From contig CAZQUL010000001.1 of the NCBI GenBank assembly GCA_964596525.1, positions 678,509 to 742,508 of the forward strand: 64,000 bases of DNA, read 5' to 3'. Below are positions 54,774-63,714 of this stretch, piece after piece. The notes under the pieces are model-generated. The model saw nothing but the letters and a program-made list of their open reading frames with translations, made no database searches and was not told where the DNA came from. Made by a program: the position numbers and the translations under genes. The DNA is from an uncultured Gammaproteobacteria bacterium. GTDB lineage: Bacteria > Patescibacteriota > Patescibacteriia > Magasanikbacterales > GWA2-37-8. How positions within the stretch are numbered: position 1 is the stretch's first letter; every line of letters begins with the position of its first letter.

Positions 54774-55130
54774 TTAAAGAGTAGGAGTATCGTCTGGTGT
54801 TGCAGACAGAAAAGTATCCTCATTTCGCTCTTCATCCGGTTTGGGTGCGGTAAAGGCCTTGGGGTTGGGGGAGTAGAGCGGGTTTTTTATCTTCCAGCGT
54901 TCTACAAACTGGCCGATACCTTTTCTGGCCAGTTTATTACGTGTAGTGGTGCGTTTCTGTGACCATTTCACCAGGCTTTCAAAATTGAGCTTGTACCGCC
55001 CGCCGACAACCACGTAGGTAACTTCTTGCGCAGTAATCGCACGGCGGATAGTTTGGGCGTTTACGCCAAAAAGCCTTGCAGCTTCAGAAACCGAAACGCG
55101 GATAAGCTCCTTCTTATCATCAAGTTCCAT
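54774..55130 (-). CDS. Helix-turn-helix DNA-binding protein (excisionase/MerR-like HTH_17).
   Basis: VSVSEAARLFGVNAQTIRRAITAQEV. Internal ATG at 55130. Confidence 0.5.
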   Translation of the reverse strand: MELDDKKELIRVSVSEAARLFGVNAQTIRRAITAQEVTYVVVGGRYKLNFESLVKWSQKRTTTRNKLARKGIGQFVERWKIKNPLYSPNPKAFTAPKPDEERNEDTFLSATPDDTPTL

Positions 55131-55205
55131 AATTTGTCGACATAAGTATATACAATTAACCACGACGAGCGGTGTACTGTCAATCGGTCTCGCAGCATGA
55201 TTGTA

Positions 55206-55234
55206 TTGACTAAAAGCTCTTTTTTTGCTAAAAT
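55206..55234 (+). promoter_or_regulatory. σ70-type promoter (TTGACT-17-TAAAAT) of the ECF sigma gene.
   Basis: TTGACT at 55206-55211 and TAAAAT at 55229-55234. Confidence 0.55.
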
Positions 55235-55247
55235 ATTGAACAATTAT

Positions 55248-55295
55248 GGCGGTGTCTAAGAAGCTGTCTACCTTACGTATTCACCGCCATTTTTA
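55248..55295 (+). promoter_or_regulatory. Terminator-like hairpin with a U-tract inside the leader of the ECF sigma gene (possible attenuator).
   Basis: GGCGGTG-(27 nt)-CACCGCC followed by ATTTTTAGG. It lies between the promoter and the ATG at 55358. Confidence 0.4.
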
Positions 55296-55357
55296 GGCTT
55301 TATTTCCATGCTTCAGGTGCCGGGTGTAACATTTCTTGTTTTCTAGCGTCTTATTAC

Positions 55358-55915
55358 ATGAACACGCTGACAGAGGCTTACTTATTGGCAAAAATCAAAG
55401 CCAGCCGCGATCCTGAAGCGTTTGGCAAGCTCTATGATGCCTACGTCGGTTCCATCTATCGTTTTATTTTTTTCAAAGTAGGGAGTCAGGAAGATGCCGA
55501 AGATTTGTCGGCTGACGTGTTCCTCAAAACCTGGAACTACCTTACCGAGCACGGTGATGAAGTGAAAAGCTTCAGCGCGCTCGTGTACCGCATCGCCCGC
55601 ACCACGATCATCGATTGGTACCGTGCCCGGGCTCGCAAGCCCACGGTGTCCATTGATCGCGATGATGCAGTGGCTGACGAAACAAGTGATCGCCATGCTT
55701 GGGTCAAGTCCATCCATACCGAACTTGAGCACAAAGAAGTCCTTGCTGCCATGGAACGCCTTAAGCATGACTATCAGGAGCTCATAGTCCTTCGGTATGT
55801 GGAAGGGTTCTCTATCCCCGAAATCGCCGAGATAACCGGCAAAAAAGCTTTAGTGATTCGAGTAACGCTCCATCGAGCGCTTAAAAAACTTCAAGAACTT
55901 ATCAAAAAAGATTAA
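55358..55915 (+). CDS. ECF-type RNA polymerase sigma-70 family factor.
   Basis: Region 2 (YDAYVGSIYRFIFFKVGSQEDAEDLSADVFLKTW) and region 4 HTH (ELIVLRYVEGFSIPEIAEITGKKALVIRVTLHRALKKL). Confidence 0.85.
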   Translation: MNTLTEAYLLAKIKASRDPEAFGKLYDAYVGSIYRFIFFKVGSQEDAEDLSADVFLKTWNYLTEHGDEVKSFSALVYRIARTTIIDWYRARARKPTVSIDRDDAVADETSDRHAWVKSIHTELEHKEVLAAMERLKHDYQELIVLRYVEGFSIPEIAEITGKKALVIRVTLHRALKKLQELIKKD

Positions 55916-55920
55916 TCCGT

Positions 55921-57429
55921 ATGTCGTCGTTCACCCTGAAACGACAACTCAAAAGCTTGCGCACCGGCATTGTGCCGCGCGTCGCCTGGACCGAACAGAC
56001 TCGTTCGCAGCTTTTGGCGCAGATTGGCAACACGTTGCCGCGTACGGCCCCTTCGTTCTGGCGGCAGCTTCAGAGCGGTTTTTCGTTTGGCAGCCTGGTG
56101 ATGCGCCCGGTAGCGGTTCTCGTCATGTTTGCTCTTACTGCGAGCGGTTGGGTGGCTACGAGCCGCGCCGCTTTCGACACCGTGCCCGGCGATACGCTCT
56201 ATCCGGTCAAACGCGCCACCGAAAAAACTCAAATGGCCTGGGTAGAAATGATTAACGATAAAACCAAAGCCGTTGAGTTCCACCTTGAGTTGGCCAAGCG
56301 CCGCGCTCAAGAAGCCGAAAAAATTATTGTTGCCCAACCCCAAAAGAAGCCTAAAATCGCTCAGACGGTTACCAACATCAAGCAAGAATTAGTTGCTGCC
56401 AACTCCAAACTCGAAGATATTAAAAAACAAACCACTTCCGAACTTTCTTCCGCTACGGTAACTGCCTTGCAGAAGCAGACGGATGACATTAAAAAGACTT
56501 TGCAGGCGGTGAAAGCCGGCACCGACGGTTCTTTATCGAAAGAGGTTGCTGAGGTGAAGAGTCTTATCAAAGATACTGATTTGGCCACGGTAGAAGTAGC
56601 GGTCGCTGGCCATCTCAAGGGTAGTCAGGAACTTTCCAAAGAATACGTCAGTTCCCTTATCGGCAAAACGCTCCAAGAAGCGGTCGCCGAAGTGGCGGGT
56701 ACCAAAACTGCGGTTGATGAGGCTAAAAATGCGGTCGAAAATGTAGTAAAAGGCCTTTCCGACAACACGCTGATTATCGTGAGCTCTTCCACCTCTTCCA
56801 CGGTTGTCGAGATGCCGCTTGCAGCCGTAGCCAGCTCCACTTCTTCTACGCTCTTGTCTGGCACTGCTAGTACCACAGCCCCCAATTCTGTCACCACTAC
56901 ACTCCTTGTTGTTAAAGAAGTTCTTAACACAGCAGCCACCGATACAGCCCAATTCTCTGTTAAAACCGCCGCTGCCGCTGAAGTGGTTGACCAGAAAACA
57001 GAAGAAGTAAAAATACTTCTTTCGCGCGGCGAACTCAGCGAGGCTGTAAATAAAATAAAAGAAGTCGCCACAGCAGCCAAAGAGGTGGAAAAAATTTCTG
57101 ACACAGCTCGGCTCCAGCTCCAGCAAACCGTACTCCCGGCTGTTGATCGCCTGCAGTCCCGCTCCGACGCTTCCATTTCAGTAAGTTCTTCTGTAACATC
57201 ATCGGCGGTCGCTGTGATTAAAGAAAAAATCGATGCGCTGACCAAGCCGGTAGTCACTCCTTCCTCAACGCCTACCTCTACGACTGTTTCTACGGGCACG
57301 CCCCTCATGGGTGGCGGCCTCACTGCCCCGCTTGAAGCTTTATTTTCCACCTCTACAATTTCTTCCTCAACAGTGGTAACTACATCGCCGTCATCCACAA
57401 GTGTAAGTAATTCTTCCTCATCTCGTTAG
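55921..57429 (+). CDS. Putative anti-sigma factor-like membrane protein with a coiled-coil region and a Ser/Thr-rich C-terminal part.
   Basis: Starts 6 nt after the sigma factor stop. One TM helix (VAVLVMFALTASGWVA) followed by TVPGDTLYPVKRATEK (DUF5667-like, recalled from memory), Lys/Glu-rich helices and an STV-rich tail. Confidence 0.45.
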   Translation: MSSFTLKRQLKSLRTGIVPRVAWTEQTRSQLLAQIGNTLPRTAPSFWRQLQSGFSFGSLVMRPVAVLVMFALTASGWVATSRAAFDTVPGDTLYPVKRATEKTQMAWVEMINDKTKAVEFHLELAKRRAQEAEKIIVAQPQKKPKIAQTVTNIKQELVAANSKLEDIKKQTTSELSSATVTALQKQTDDIKKTLQAVKAGTDGSLSKEVAEVKSLIKDTDLATVEVAVAGHLKGSQELSKEYVSSLIGKTLQEAVAEVAGTKTAVDEAKNAVENVVKGLSDNTLIIVSSSTSSTVVEMPLAAVASSTSSTLLSGTASTTAPNSVTTTLLVVKEVLNTAATDTAQFSVKTAAAAEVVDQKTEEVKILLSRGELSEAVNKIKEVATAAKEVEKISDTARLQLQQTVLPAVDRLQSRSDASISVSSSVTSSAVAVIKEKIDALTKPVVTPSSTPTSTTVSTGTPLMGGGLTAPLEALFSTSTISSSTVVTTSPSSTSVSNSSSSR

Positions 57430-57526
57430 GTATAATGAGGGCACGAATCCTCTTTCGTGCAGAGAAGGTTAGCGCCTTTTCTGCCGGAGAGGGGATTTCA
57501 AACGGTCAGGACCAAAAAAGGTCGAG

Positions 57527-57540
57527 CGCTCATATGAGCG
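57527..57540. promoter_or_regulatory. 14-bp perfect palindrome CGCTCATATGAGCG upstream of the giant surface-protein gene (candidate operator).
   Basis: The exact palindrome at 57527-57540, about 90 nt upstream of the ATG at 57631. Confidence 0.35.
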
Positions 57541-57630
57541 TGCCTGGCTTTTGTGAGAAAGGTGGTTGAGAAATCGATTGCCTTTCAAAAAGGCTGCCTA
57601 CGGGCAACCTCAATACTATTTATCTTATTT

Positions 57631-60600
57631 ATGAACAAAACCTTTAAACGTGTAGTGACGAGTGTGGTGGCTTTTGCCATGGCTTTCTCGGTCGCTCCCG
57701 TTGCGTCGCTTGCTGCGATTGATCCGTCCTGCCCGACGCTTAACGCTGGTGACGAAGTGAAAGTCGTTGGTCGTTCGGCCATTTACATCGTTGATTACGA
57801 TGGAAAGATCCGCCCGTTCACGAGCGGTGACATCTACAAGACCTACAAGGCCGCTTATGGCAACTACAAGCTTATTGGCGGTGCTTGTCTCAATTCCTTA
57901 CCGCAACCGAGTCAGTTCCCGTCAATCGTTACCTACCGCCCAGGTGCTGTCGTCGTTCGCTACAGCGCTGACCCGACCGGCCAGCTCTACGTAGTACAAC
58001 CCGGCAACGCTTTGGCCAAGATCTCGCTTGAGAACGCTCGCGTTCTCCACGGAGCCAACTTCCGCGTCCGCGACATCTCCCTCATCGACTGGCCGCACTA
58101 CGTAAATCGCCGCGCCGATGTCACTGGTCCTAAAGTGTACCCCGGCATGACGATCCGCACCCCTTCGACGGGTAGCAAAGTGTGGTACGTCTCCACCATG
58201 AACAAACTCCATGAAGTTTCTCCGTCGGCTTTGGCGGCTAACTTCATTCTCCCTGAATACATCTTCACCGTTCCGGATTCTGCTGTAGCGGGTATGGCCA
58301 TGGGTGATGCCATCACTGGTATCAACCCGATGCTCATGGACCGCACTCAGAGCGGCTTCGCTGCTGATGGTACGTGGGTAGGTGTTGGTGCTAACCCCAC
58401 CACTCCGACTGGTCCGGTTTCCGGTTCCCAGTTGAGCGTCTCGCTCGCCTCGAACAACCCGACGAACTCGACCAACATCCCGGTCGGTACTTCGGCTCTT
58501 GCTCGTACTCTTGATCTCTCCTTCTCGGCTGGTAACGCTGATGTGACCGTCACTGGTCTTAACCTCATGCGCACTGGTCTTTCGGTTGATCAGGACATCA
58601 ACAATGTTTACCTCATGGACGGCAACACCATCATCGCTTCCAACCTTGGAATCTCGAATGGTGTCGTCAACTTCAGCAACCCGAGCGCTGCTGGTCTCTT
58701 CAAGGTTCCTGCTAACGGTTCCAAGAAAATCACCGTTGGCGTGACCATGAACTCGTCTGCTGCTGGTCGCACGATCGGCTTCAGCCTCCAGAACGCTTCG
58801 GCTGTCATGAGCAACGCTTCGGCTGTTTCTGGCTCCTTCCCGATGATGAGCGCTACCTACACTGGTACCTCGCTCACCAACTCCGGTGGCGTCCAGATCA
58901 CCAACTCCTCGGCTGGTCCTTCCAGCCCGGGTATCAGCGTCAACGCTGGCCAGAAGAACTTCACGGTCGGTCAGTTCTCCCTCTTGGGTCAGAACCAGAC
59001 TGTCCAGGTTCGCTCGCTCAAGTTCACCTTGATCGGCTCGGCCAACGCTTCTGATGTTACCAACTTCTCCTTGTGGAATGGTGGTACTCAGATCGGCCAG
59101 ACCGTCGGTGTTGCTAACGGCAATGAAGTGGTCTTCGACCTCTCCACGCTTCCGTTGCAGCTCAACGCTGGTCAGAACGTTGTTCTCACTGTTCGCGCTG
59201 ACATCATGGGTGGCGTAAACCGCTACTTCCAGATGTCGGTACAGCGCAACTACGATGTTGTCGCTCACGACATGCAGTTCAACATGGGTGTGCTCCCGAC
59301 TCTCAACACCGGCAGCTTCCCGATGAACTTGTCCTACGTCAACATCAACGCTGGCAGCTTGACGGTTACTCGCTCGACGAGCTCTCCGTCCACCTACCTC
59401 TTGCCGGGCGGCACCAACCAGACGGTTGCTACGTTCGACATGACTGCTAACGGCGAAGCCGTTCGCTTGACCGCTGCCAACATCGGTCTTACCCTTGGCG
59501 GTACCCTCAACCTTTCTCATCTCTCCAACCTCAAGTTGGTTGATGACCAGGGTCAGCAGATCGGTACCACCCAGTCGACCATCTCGAACACCTCGACGGC
59601 TGCTTCGTACAGCAACCTCAACTACATCATCCCGGCCAACACGACCCGCAAGGTCTCCGTGGTCGTTGATGTATCGAGCTCGGCTGCTGGCACCTTCCAG
59701 GCTACCCTCTCGGGTATGACTGGTCAGGGCTTCACCTCGCTCGCCAACCTCACCATTTCTCAGCAGGCTGGTAACTTGCTTACCGCCAACTCCACGATCT
59801 TGACCGTTGCTGCCAATGGCACTCCGGCCAACCTCGTAACTGGTCAGCCGAATGCTAAGATCGGTTCCTTCACCCTCACGGCTGGTGCTGCTTCGGACGT
59901 TTCCGTCTCGAACATCACCTTGAAGGTCCTTTCCACCAACAGCCCGGCCACCGTCTTCCAGAACTTGAAGATGATGATCGGCAACACGCAGATCGGCACC
60001 ACTCAGTCGACCCTTACCAACGGTACTTCGTACAACTTCAGCCTCTCGCAGCCGGTTACCATCACTAAAGGTGGTCAGCTCGTTGTCGATGTTTACGCTG
60101 ATGTCTTGACGAACAACACCTCGTTCTCCGCTACTGCTCCGGTTGCTATCGCTTCTGGTGGTATCTCCGCCATCGCGACCGCTACCAACCAGTCGGTCAC
60201 GAGCGTTCCTGGTTCGGATGTCAACTCGCTCACCGCCACTGTTACCTCGGCTGGCTCTCTCAGCTACTCGCCGATCAACATGCCGGTTGGCGCTCACGTA
60301 GCCATGGGCCTCACCAACGTCAAGTTGGGCACCTATCAGCTCTCGGCTAGCACCAACGAAGACATCAAGGTTACCGATCTTACCTTGCGTGTCACTTCGA
60401 CCAACTCCAACTCGGTACTTGCTCCGCAGTCGTTCGTTAACTACCGCTTGGTAGCTAACGGCATCACCTACGGTCAGGCTACCAACATCAACGCGAGCGC
60501 TTCCGCTTCGCCGTTCGAATTGGTTTGGTCTGGTCTTAACAACGCTGGCAACTTCCTCATCGTACCGAAAGGCGGTACTGTGAACGTCGATGTCATTGCG

Positions 60601-61314
60601 GATGTTAACACCTGGGATAACCTCCAGTCCGTCTCTGGTCTCCACACCGATCTCTACAACGCCGCTACCGCGGTCCGCGTAGCGACCGTTACGTACCAGG
60701 GCGCTGCTTCCTCGGTGGTTGGTAACGCTACCTCCACTGCTGGTGGCAACACGTTCAACGTCTTCCGCTCCACGCTCAGCGCGGCTGCGGCTAGCTCCAT
60801 CCCTGGCGGCTACTCGACGAACGTGCTCTCGAGCGAAGTCAAGACCAGCGGTTACACCTTTACCGCTGCTGCTCAGGGTGACGCGACTCTCCGCCGCATC
60901 TCCTTCAGCTACTTCTTCACGGGTGTCGTTTCCACGAGCCCGACTGCTACCTACACGATCTACATGACCAACCCGTCGTCGCCTGGTTCCGTTGGCGACC
61001 TCGTAGCTACGGGTACCATCAGTCTTGCTAGCTCGTTCTCGGGTACTGTCACCAACCTCGGCCTTGCTCTTCCGGGCAGCGCCTCGGGTAGCGGTGTGAA
61101 GATCGCTGGTGGTGCTTCGGGTGCTCGCACCTTGATCATTGCCTTCACCGGTACTGCGTTTGAATCCAAACCGAACGTCACCGGTAAGTCTGCTGGTACG
61201 CAGCTCGTCAACTGGGGCTGGGATGACCTCACTCGTGGTGTCACCACTCCGGTCGATGCTGATCCGCAGCTTGTGATCTCGCCGATCAACGGTAACACTG
61301 TTTCCTCGAACTAA
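57631..61314 (+). CDS. Giant S-layer-like cell-surface protein (about 1230 aa) with an N-terminal globular domain and long Thr/Ser/Asn/Gly-rich Ig-like repeats.
   Basis: Signal peptide (MNKTFKRVVTSVVAFAMAFSVAPVASLAA). The N-terminal domain of about 200 aa has two Cys. The remainder is low-complexity β-rich repeats (…TVGVTMNSSAAG…, …VVLTVRADIMGG…). A strong terminator lies at 61447-61483. Confidence 0.65.
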   Translation: MNKTFKRVVTSVVAFAMAFSVAPVASLAAIDPSCPTLNAGDEVKVVGRSAIYIVDYDGKIRPFTSGDIYKTYKAAYGNYKLIGGACLNSLPQPSQFPSIVTYRPGAVVVRYSADPTGQLYVVQPGNALAKISLENARVLHGANFRVRDISLIDWPHYVNRRADVTGPKVYPGMTIRTPSTGSKVWYVSTMNKLHEVSPSALAANFILPEYIFTVPDSAVAGMAMGDAITGINPMLMDRTQSGFAADGTWVGVGANPTTPTGPVSGSQLSVSLASNNPTNSTNIPVGTSALARTLDLSFSAGNADVTVTGLNLMRTGLSVDQDINNVYLMDGNTIIASNLGISNGVVNFSNPSAAGLFKVPANGSKKITVGVTMNSSAAGRTIGFSLQNASAVMSNASAVSGSFPMMSATYTGTSLTNSGGVQITNSSAGPSSPGISVNAGQKNFTVGQFSLLGQNQTVQVRSLKFTLIGSANASDVTNFSLWNGGTQIGQTVGVANGNEVVFDLSTLPLQLNAGQNVVLTVRADIMGGVNRYFQMSVQRNYDVVAHDMQFNMGVLPTLNTGSFPMNLSYVNINAGSLTVTRSTSSPSTYLLPGGTNQTVATFDMTANGEAVRLTAANIGLTLGGTLNLSHLSNLKLVDDQGQQIGTTQSTISNTSTAASYSNLNYIIPANTTRKVSVVVDVSSSAAGTFQATLSGMTGQGFTSLANLTISQQAGNLLTANSTILTVAANGTPANLVTGQPNAKIGSFTLTAGAASDVSVSNITLKVLSTNSPATVFQNLKMMIGNTQIGTTQSTLTNGTSYNFSLSQPVTITKGGQLVVDVYADVLTNNTSFSATAPVAIASGGISAIATATNQSVTSVPGSDVNSLTATVTSAGSLSYSPINMPVGAHVAMGLTNVKLGTYQLSASTNEDIKVTDLTLRVTSTNSNSVLAPQSFVNYRLVANGITYGQATNINASASASPFELVWSGLNNAGNFLIVPKGGTVNVDVIADVNTWDNLQSVSGLHTDLYNAATAVRVATVTYQGAASSVVGNATSTAGGNTFNVFRSTLSAAAASSIPGGYSTNVLSSEVKTSGYTFTAAAQGDATLRRISFSYFFTGVVSTSPTATYTIYMTNPSSPGSVGDLVATGTISLASSFSGTVTNLGLALPGSASGSGVKIAGGASGARTLIIAFTGTAFESKPNVTGKSAGTQLVNWGWDDLTRGVTTPVDADPQLVISPINGNTVSSN

Positions 61315-61446
61315 CCTTTGAGGACAGGTTACTCGCTTGGGTAGCGTAAAAAACCTACAACTCCCGCTTGGTAACAAGCGGGAGTTGTTTTATAAGGCCA
61401 ACGAGAGAAAGTGTGTCTTGGGTGTTGATTGATTGAAGCTTTGGCG

Positions 61447-61483
61447 AAAGGTTAGTTTTAGAAAAAGTAGATATCGATCGCAG
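61447..61483 (+). terminator. Rho-independent terminator after the S-layer-like gene.
   Basis: ACAACTCCCGCTT-GGTAAC-AAGCGGGAGTTGT followed by TTTTAT. Confidence 0.75.
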
Positions 61484-61534
61484 TTCCGCTTCGCAATATT
61501 TTTATTGTTTTGGTACAAAATACCCTTATTTTAA

Positions 61535-61564
61535 TTGACAGATGCCGCCCCCTTCTTCTACAAT
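61535..61564 (+). promoter_or_regulatory. σ70-type promoter (TTGACA-18-TACAAT) for the Wzy_C/TPR gene.
   Basis: TTGACA at 61535-61540 and TACAAT at 61559-61564. Confidence 0.5.
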
Positions 61565-61599
61565 ACGCCACATCGACGGTTTTTTATTTATCAATCCGT

Positions 61600-63705
61600 A
61601 TGCCCGGTAAAAAATTTTTCGAAGCCTTCCTGCGCGGTCTAATTTACCTCTCGTTCGCTGCGCCGTTCGTCGTTCTGCCGACATCCTTTATTTTTCCCTT
61701 CATCGTACCTAAAACTATCTTTTTCCGTACGGTAGTAGAGGTAATGCTCGGTGCGTATTTGATACTCCTCTATATCAATTTCGAGGAATATCGCCCGCGG
61801 TTTCGCCCTGTGGCGCTGGCCATTACGTTCTTTATGGTCAGTTTTGGATTATCCACCTTCGCCGGCGTGGATGCGTACCACAGTTTTTGGGACAATCACG
61901 AACGCATGCTCGGGTTCTTTACTATTTTGCACTACGGCATTTATGCTGGCATCTTGACGAGCGTCTTGAAGGATTGGAATGCGTGGCGTCGCACGCTTAA
62001 CGTCTTTTTGGGCATGGGCATGGTGGTTATGATGGCGGCGTTCATTCAAGTGCTTAAGCCCGATTTCCTCTTGAACCAAAACAATGCGCGCGTCATGGGA
62101 ACGCTTGGCAATCCCATCTACCTTGGTGGGTACGGACTCTTCTTGGCTTTTGTTGCCGCTCTCTTATTCCTCAAAGATACGCGTGTTGGTGCTAAGGCTG
62201 TGTACAGTATTGCCGCGGTTATGGGTCTTTTGGCCATGTTTTTCAGTGGTACGCGTGGTTCGGTGCTTGGTCTTGCGGTAGCCATCGTTGCCGCCGGTTT
62301 TATGTATCTGGCGGCGTATTGGAAGAATGTTCGCGTGCGTAACGTACTTTTGGCTATTGCTGTCGGATGCGCGATTATTTTCGGTGTGCTGTACGCTTTC
62401 CGTACAACGCCTGCGATTGCGAATTTGCCGGCAGTCGGGCGTGCCCTCAACACGTCGTGGGAAGATATTAAGGCTAGTCCGCGCTACATTGCCTGGACCA
62501 TTGCCATGCAGAGTTTTAAGGAGCGACCTGTTTTCGGCTGGGGTCCGAATAATTACTTCTACGCTTTCAACAAATACTACGATCCAAAATCGCTCAGTTT
62601 CGGCTATGGCGAAACATGGTTCGATAACGCGCATAACATCATCGTCAACACCTTGTCAGTGCAGGGTATTGTTGGTCTGGTGAGTTATGTGGGCCTCTTC
62701 GGCGCTGCGACAGTTATGGCATACCGGGCGTATCGCCAGGGTCTTATCGACCAGCACGTGGCGATTATCGGTGTAGCGTTTTTGGTGGCACATCTAGCGC
62801 AGAATATTACTGTTTTTGAGAATCCGACGTCGTACCTGTACTTCATGGCTTGGCTCGCATTCTTGAATTCCGTAACCATGCGCAAAGCTGTAGTGGAAAC
62901 GCCGGATCGTCCACTGAGCCCGGCGGTTCTTGTCGGGGCTGCACTTTTCAGCGTAATTTCTGTAACTATTTTCAATGTCCGTCCGGCTTCTGCTAACCGT
63001 GGAACGCTCGCGATTCTGCGTTCCATGCAGCAAGCTTCACCTGAAGGTGGCCCTAATAACCCGGGTTACTTCCCGTTCGAGAACATCCGCACACTCTTTA
63101 AGACTCCATCGCCGCATATTGATGACATTAGAAGTGACATTGCCCGGAGCGCGGCAGGTGCGCTGCCGCTTATTAACCAGCAAGCGGGTAAAGAAAAGAA
63201 TATCGAAGCGTATAATCTCATGGTTGATGAGCTGAAAAAGAATATCGAATTGCACCCGCTTGATATTCGCAACCACTTCTTGCTGGCGCAACTCCATCAG
63301 ATTCAGGCCAACATCATGCAAGATGCGAAGTATATGACTGAAGCGGAAAACGTGATGAAGGAAGCTTTGGCCCTTTCGCCGCGCCGCCAGCAGCTCATGT
63401 TTGCGATTGCGGCCGTGCAGGCGCAGACCGGCAAGGTTGATGAAGCTGTTAAGCTCTTGGAGCAAGCGCTTAAGGAAAATCCGGAGATCGGCGAAGCGTA
63501 CTGGCGTTTAGCGCTGGGCTATCAGTTGCAAGGCAATATCAGCGCGGCTCAAGAAGTCCTTATTGAAGCCAATAATCGTTCGTCGACCCTTAAACTCATT
63601 AACGAACAGGATCCGCAACTTCTTGGTCAATTGACTAACGAACTTCTTGTTAAGCCGCTTTCGGCCACGCCGACCCCGGCGACCAGTGCCCCTAAGAAAC
63701 GCTAG
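61600..63705 (+). CDS. O-antigen ligase/polymerase-like (Wzy_C) polytopic membrane protein fused to C-terminal TPR repeats.
   Basis: About 12 TM helices with a large loop, as in Wzy_C. C-terminal TPR-like helices (AYWRLALGYQLQGNISAAQEVL; LLAQLHQIQANIMQDAKYMTEAENVMKEALALSP). Confidence 0.65.
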   Translation: MPGKKFFEAFLRGLIYLSFAAPFVVLPTSFIFPFIVPKTIFFRTVVEVMLGAYLILLYINFEEYRPRFRPVALAITFFMVSFGLSTFAGVDAYHSFWDNHERMLGFFTILHYGIYAGILTSVLKDWNAWRRTLNVFLGMGMVVMMAAFIQVLKPDFLLNQNNARVMGTLGNPIYLGGYGLFLAFVAALLFLKDTRVGAKAVYSIAAVMGLLAMFFSGTRGSVLGLAVAIVAAGFMYLAAYWKNVRVRNVLLAIAVGCAIIFGVLYAFRTTPAIANLPAVGRALNTSWEDIKASPRYIAWTIAMQSFKERPVFGWGPNNYFYAFNKYYDPKSLSFGYGETWFDNAHNIIVNTLSVQGIVGLVSYVGLFGAATVMAYRAYRQGLIDQHVAIIGVAFLVAHLAQNITVFENPTSYLYFMAWLAFLNSVTMRKAVVETPDRPLSPAVLVGAALFSVISVTIFNVRPASANRGTLAILRSMQQASPEGGPNNPGYFPFENIRTLFKTPSPHIDDIRSDIARSAAGALPLINQQAGKEKNIEAYNLMVDELKKNIELHPLDIRNHFLLAQLHQIQANIMQDAKYMTEAENVMKEALALSPRRQQLMFAIAAVQAQTGKVDEAVKLLEQALKENPEIGEAYWRLALGYQLQGNISAAQEVLIEANNRSSTLKLINEQDPQLLGQLTNELLVKPLSATPTPATSAPKKR

Positions 63706-63714
63706 CGTTTCCGT

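Noticed and set aside
57922-61377. 1151-aa ORF on the minus strand antisense to the S-layer-like gene.
   Set aside because: Composition is Arg/Gly/Ser/Asp-rich low complexity, typical of a shadow ORF opposite a GC-skewed repetitive gene. The plus-strand product has a signal peptide and coherent domain structure.
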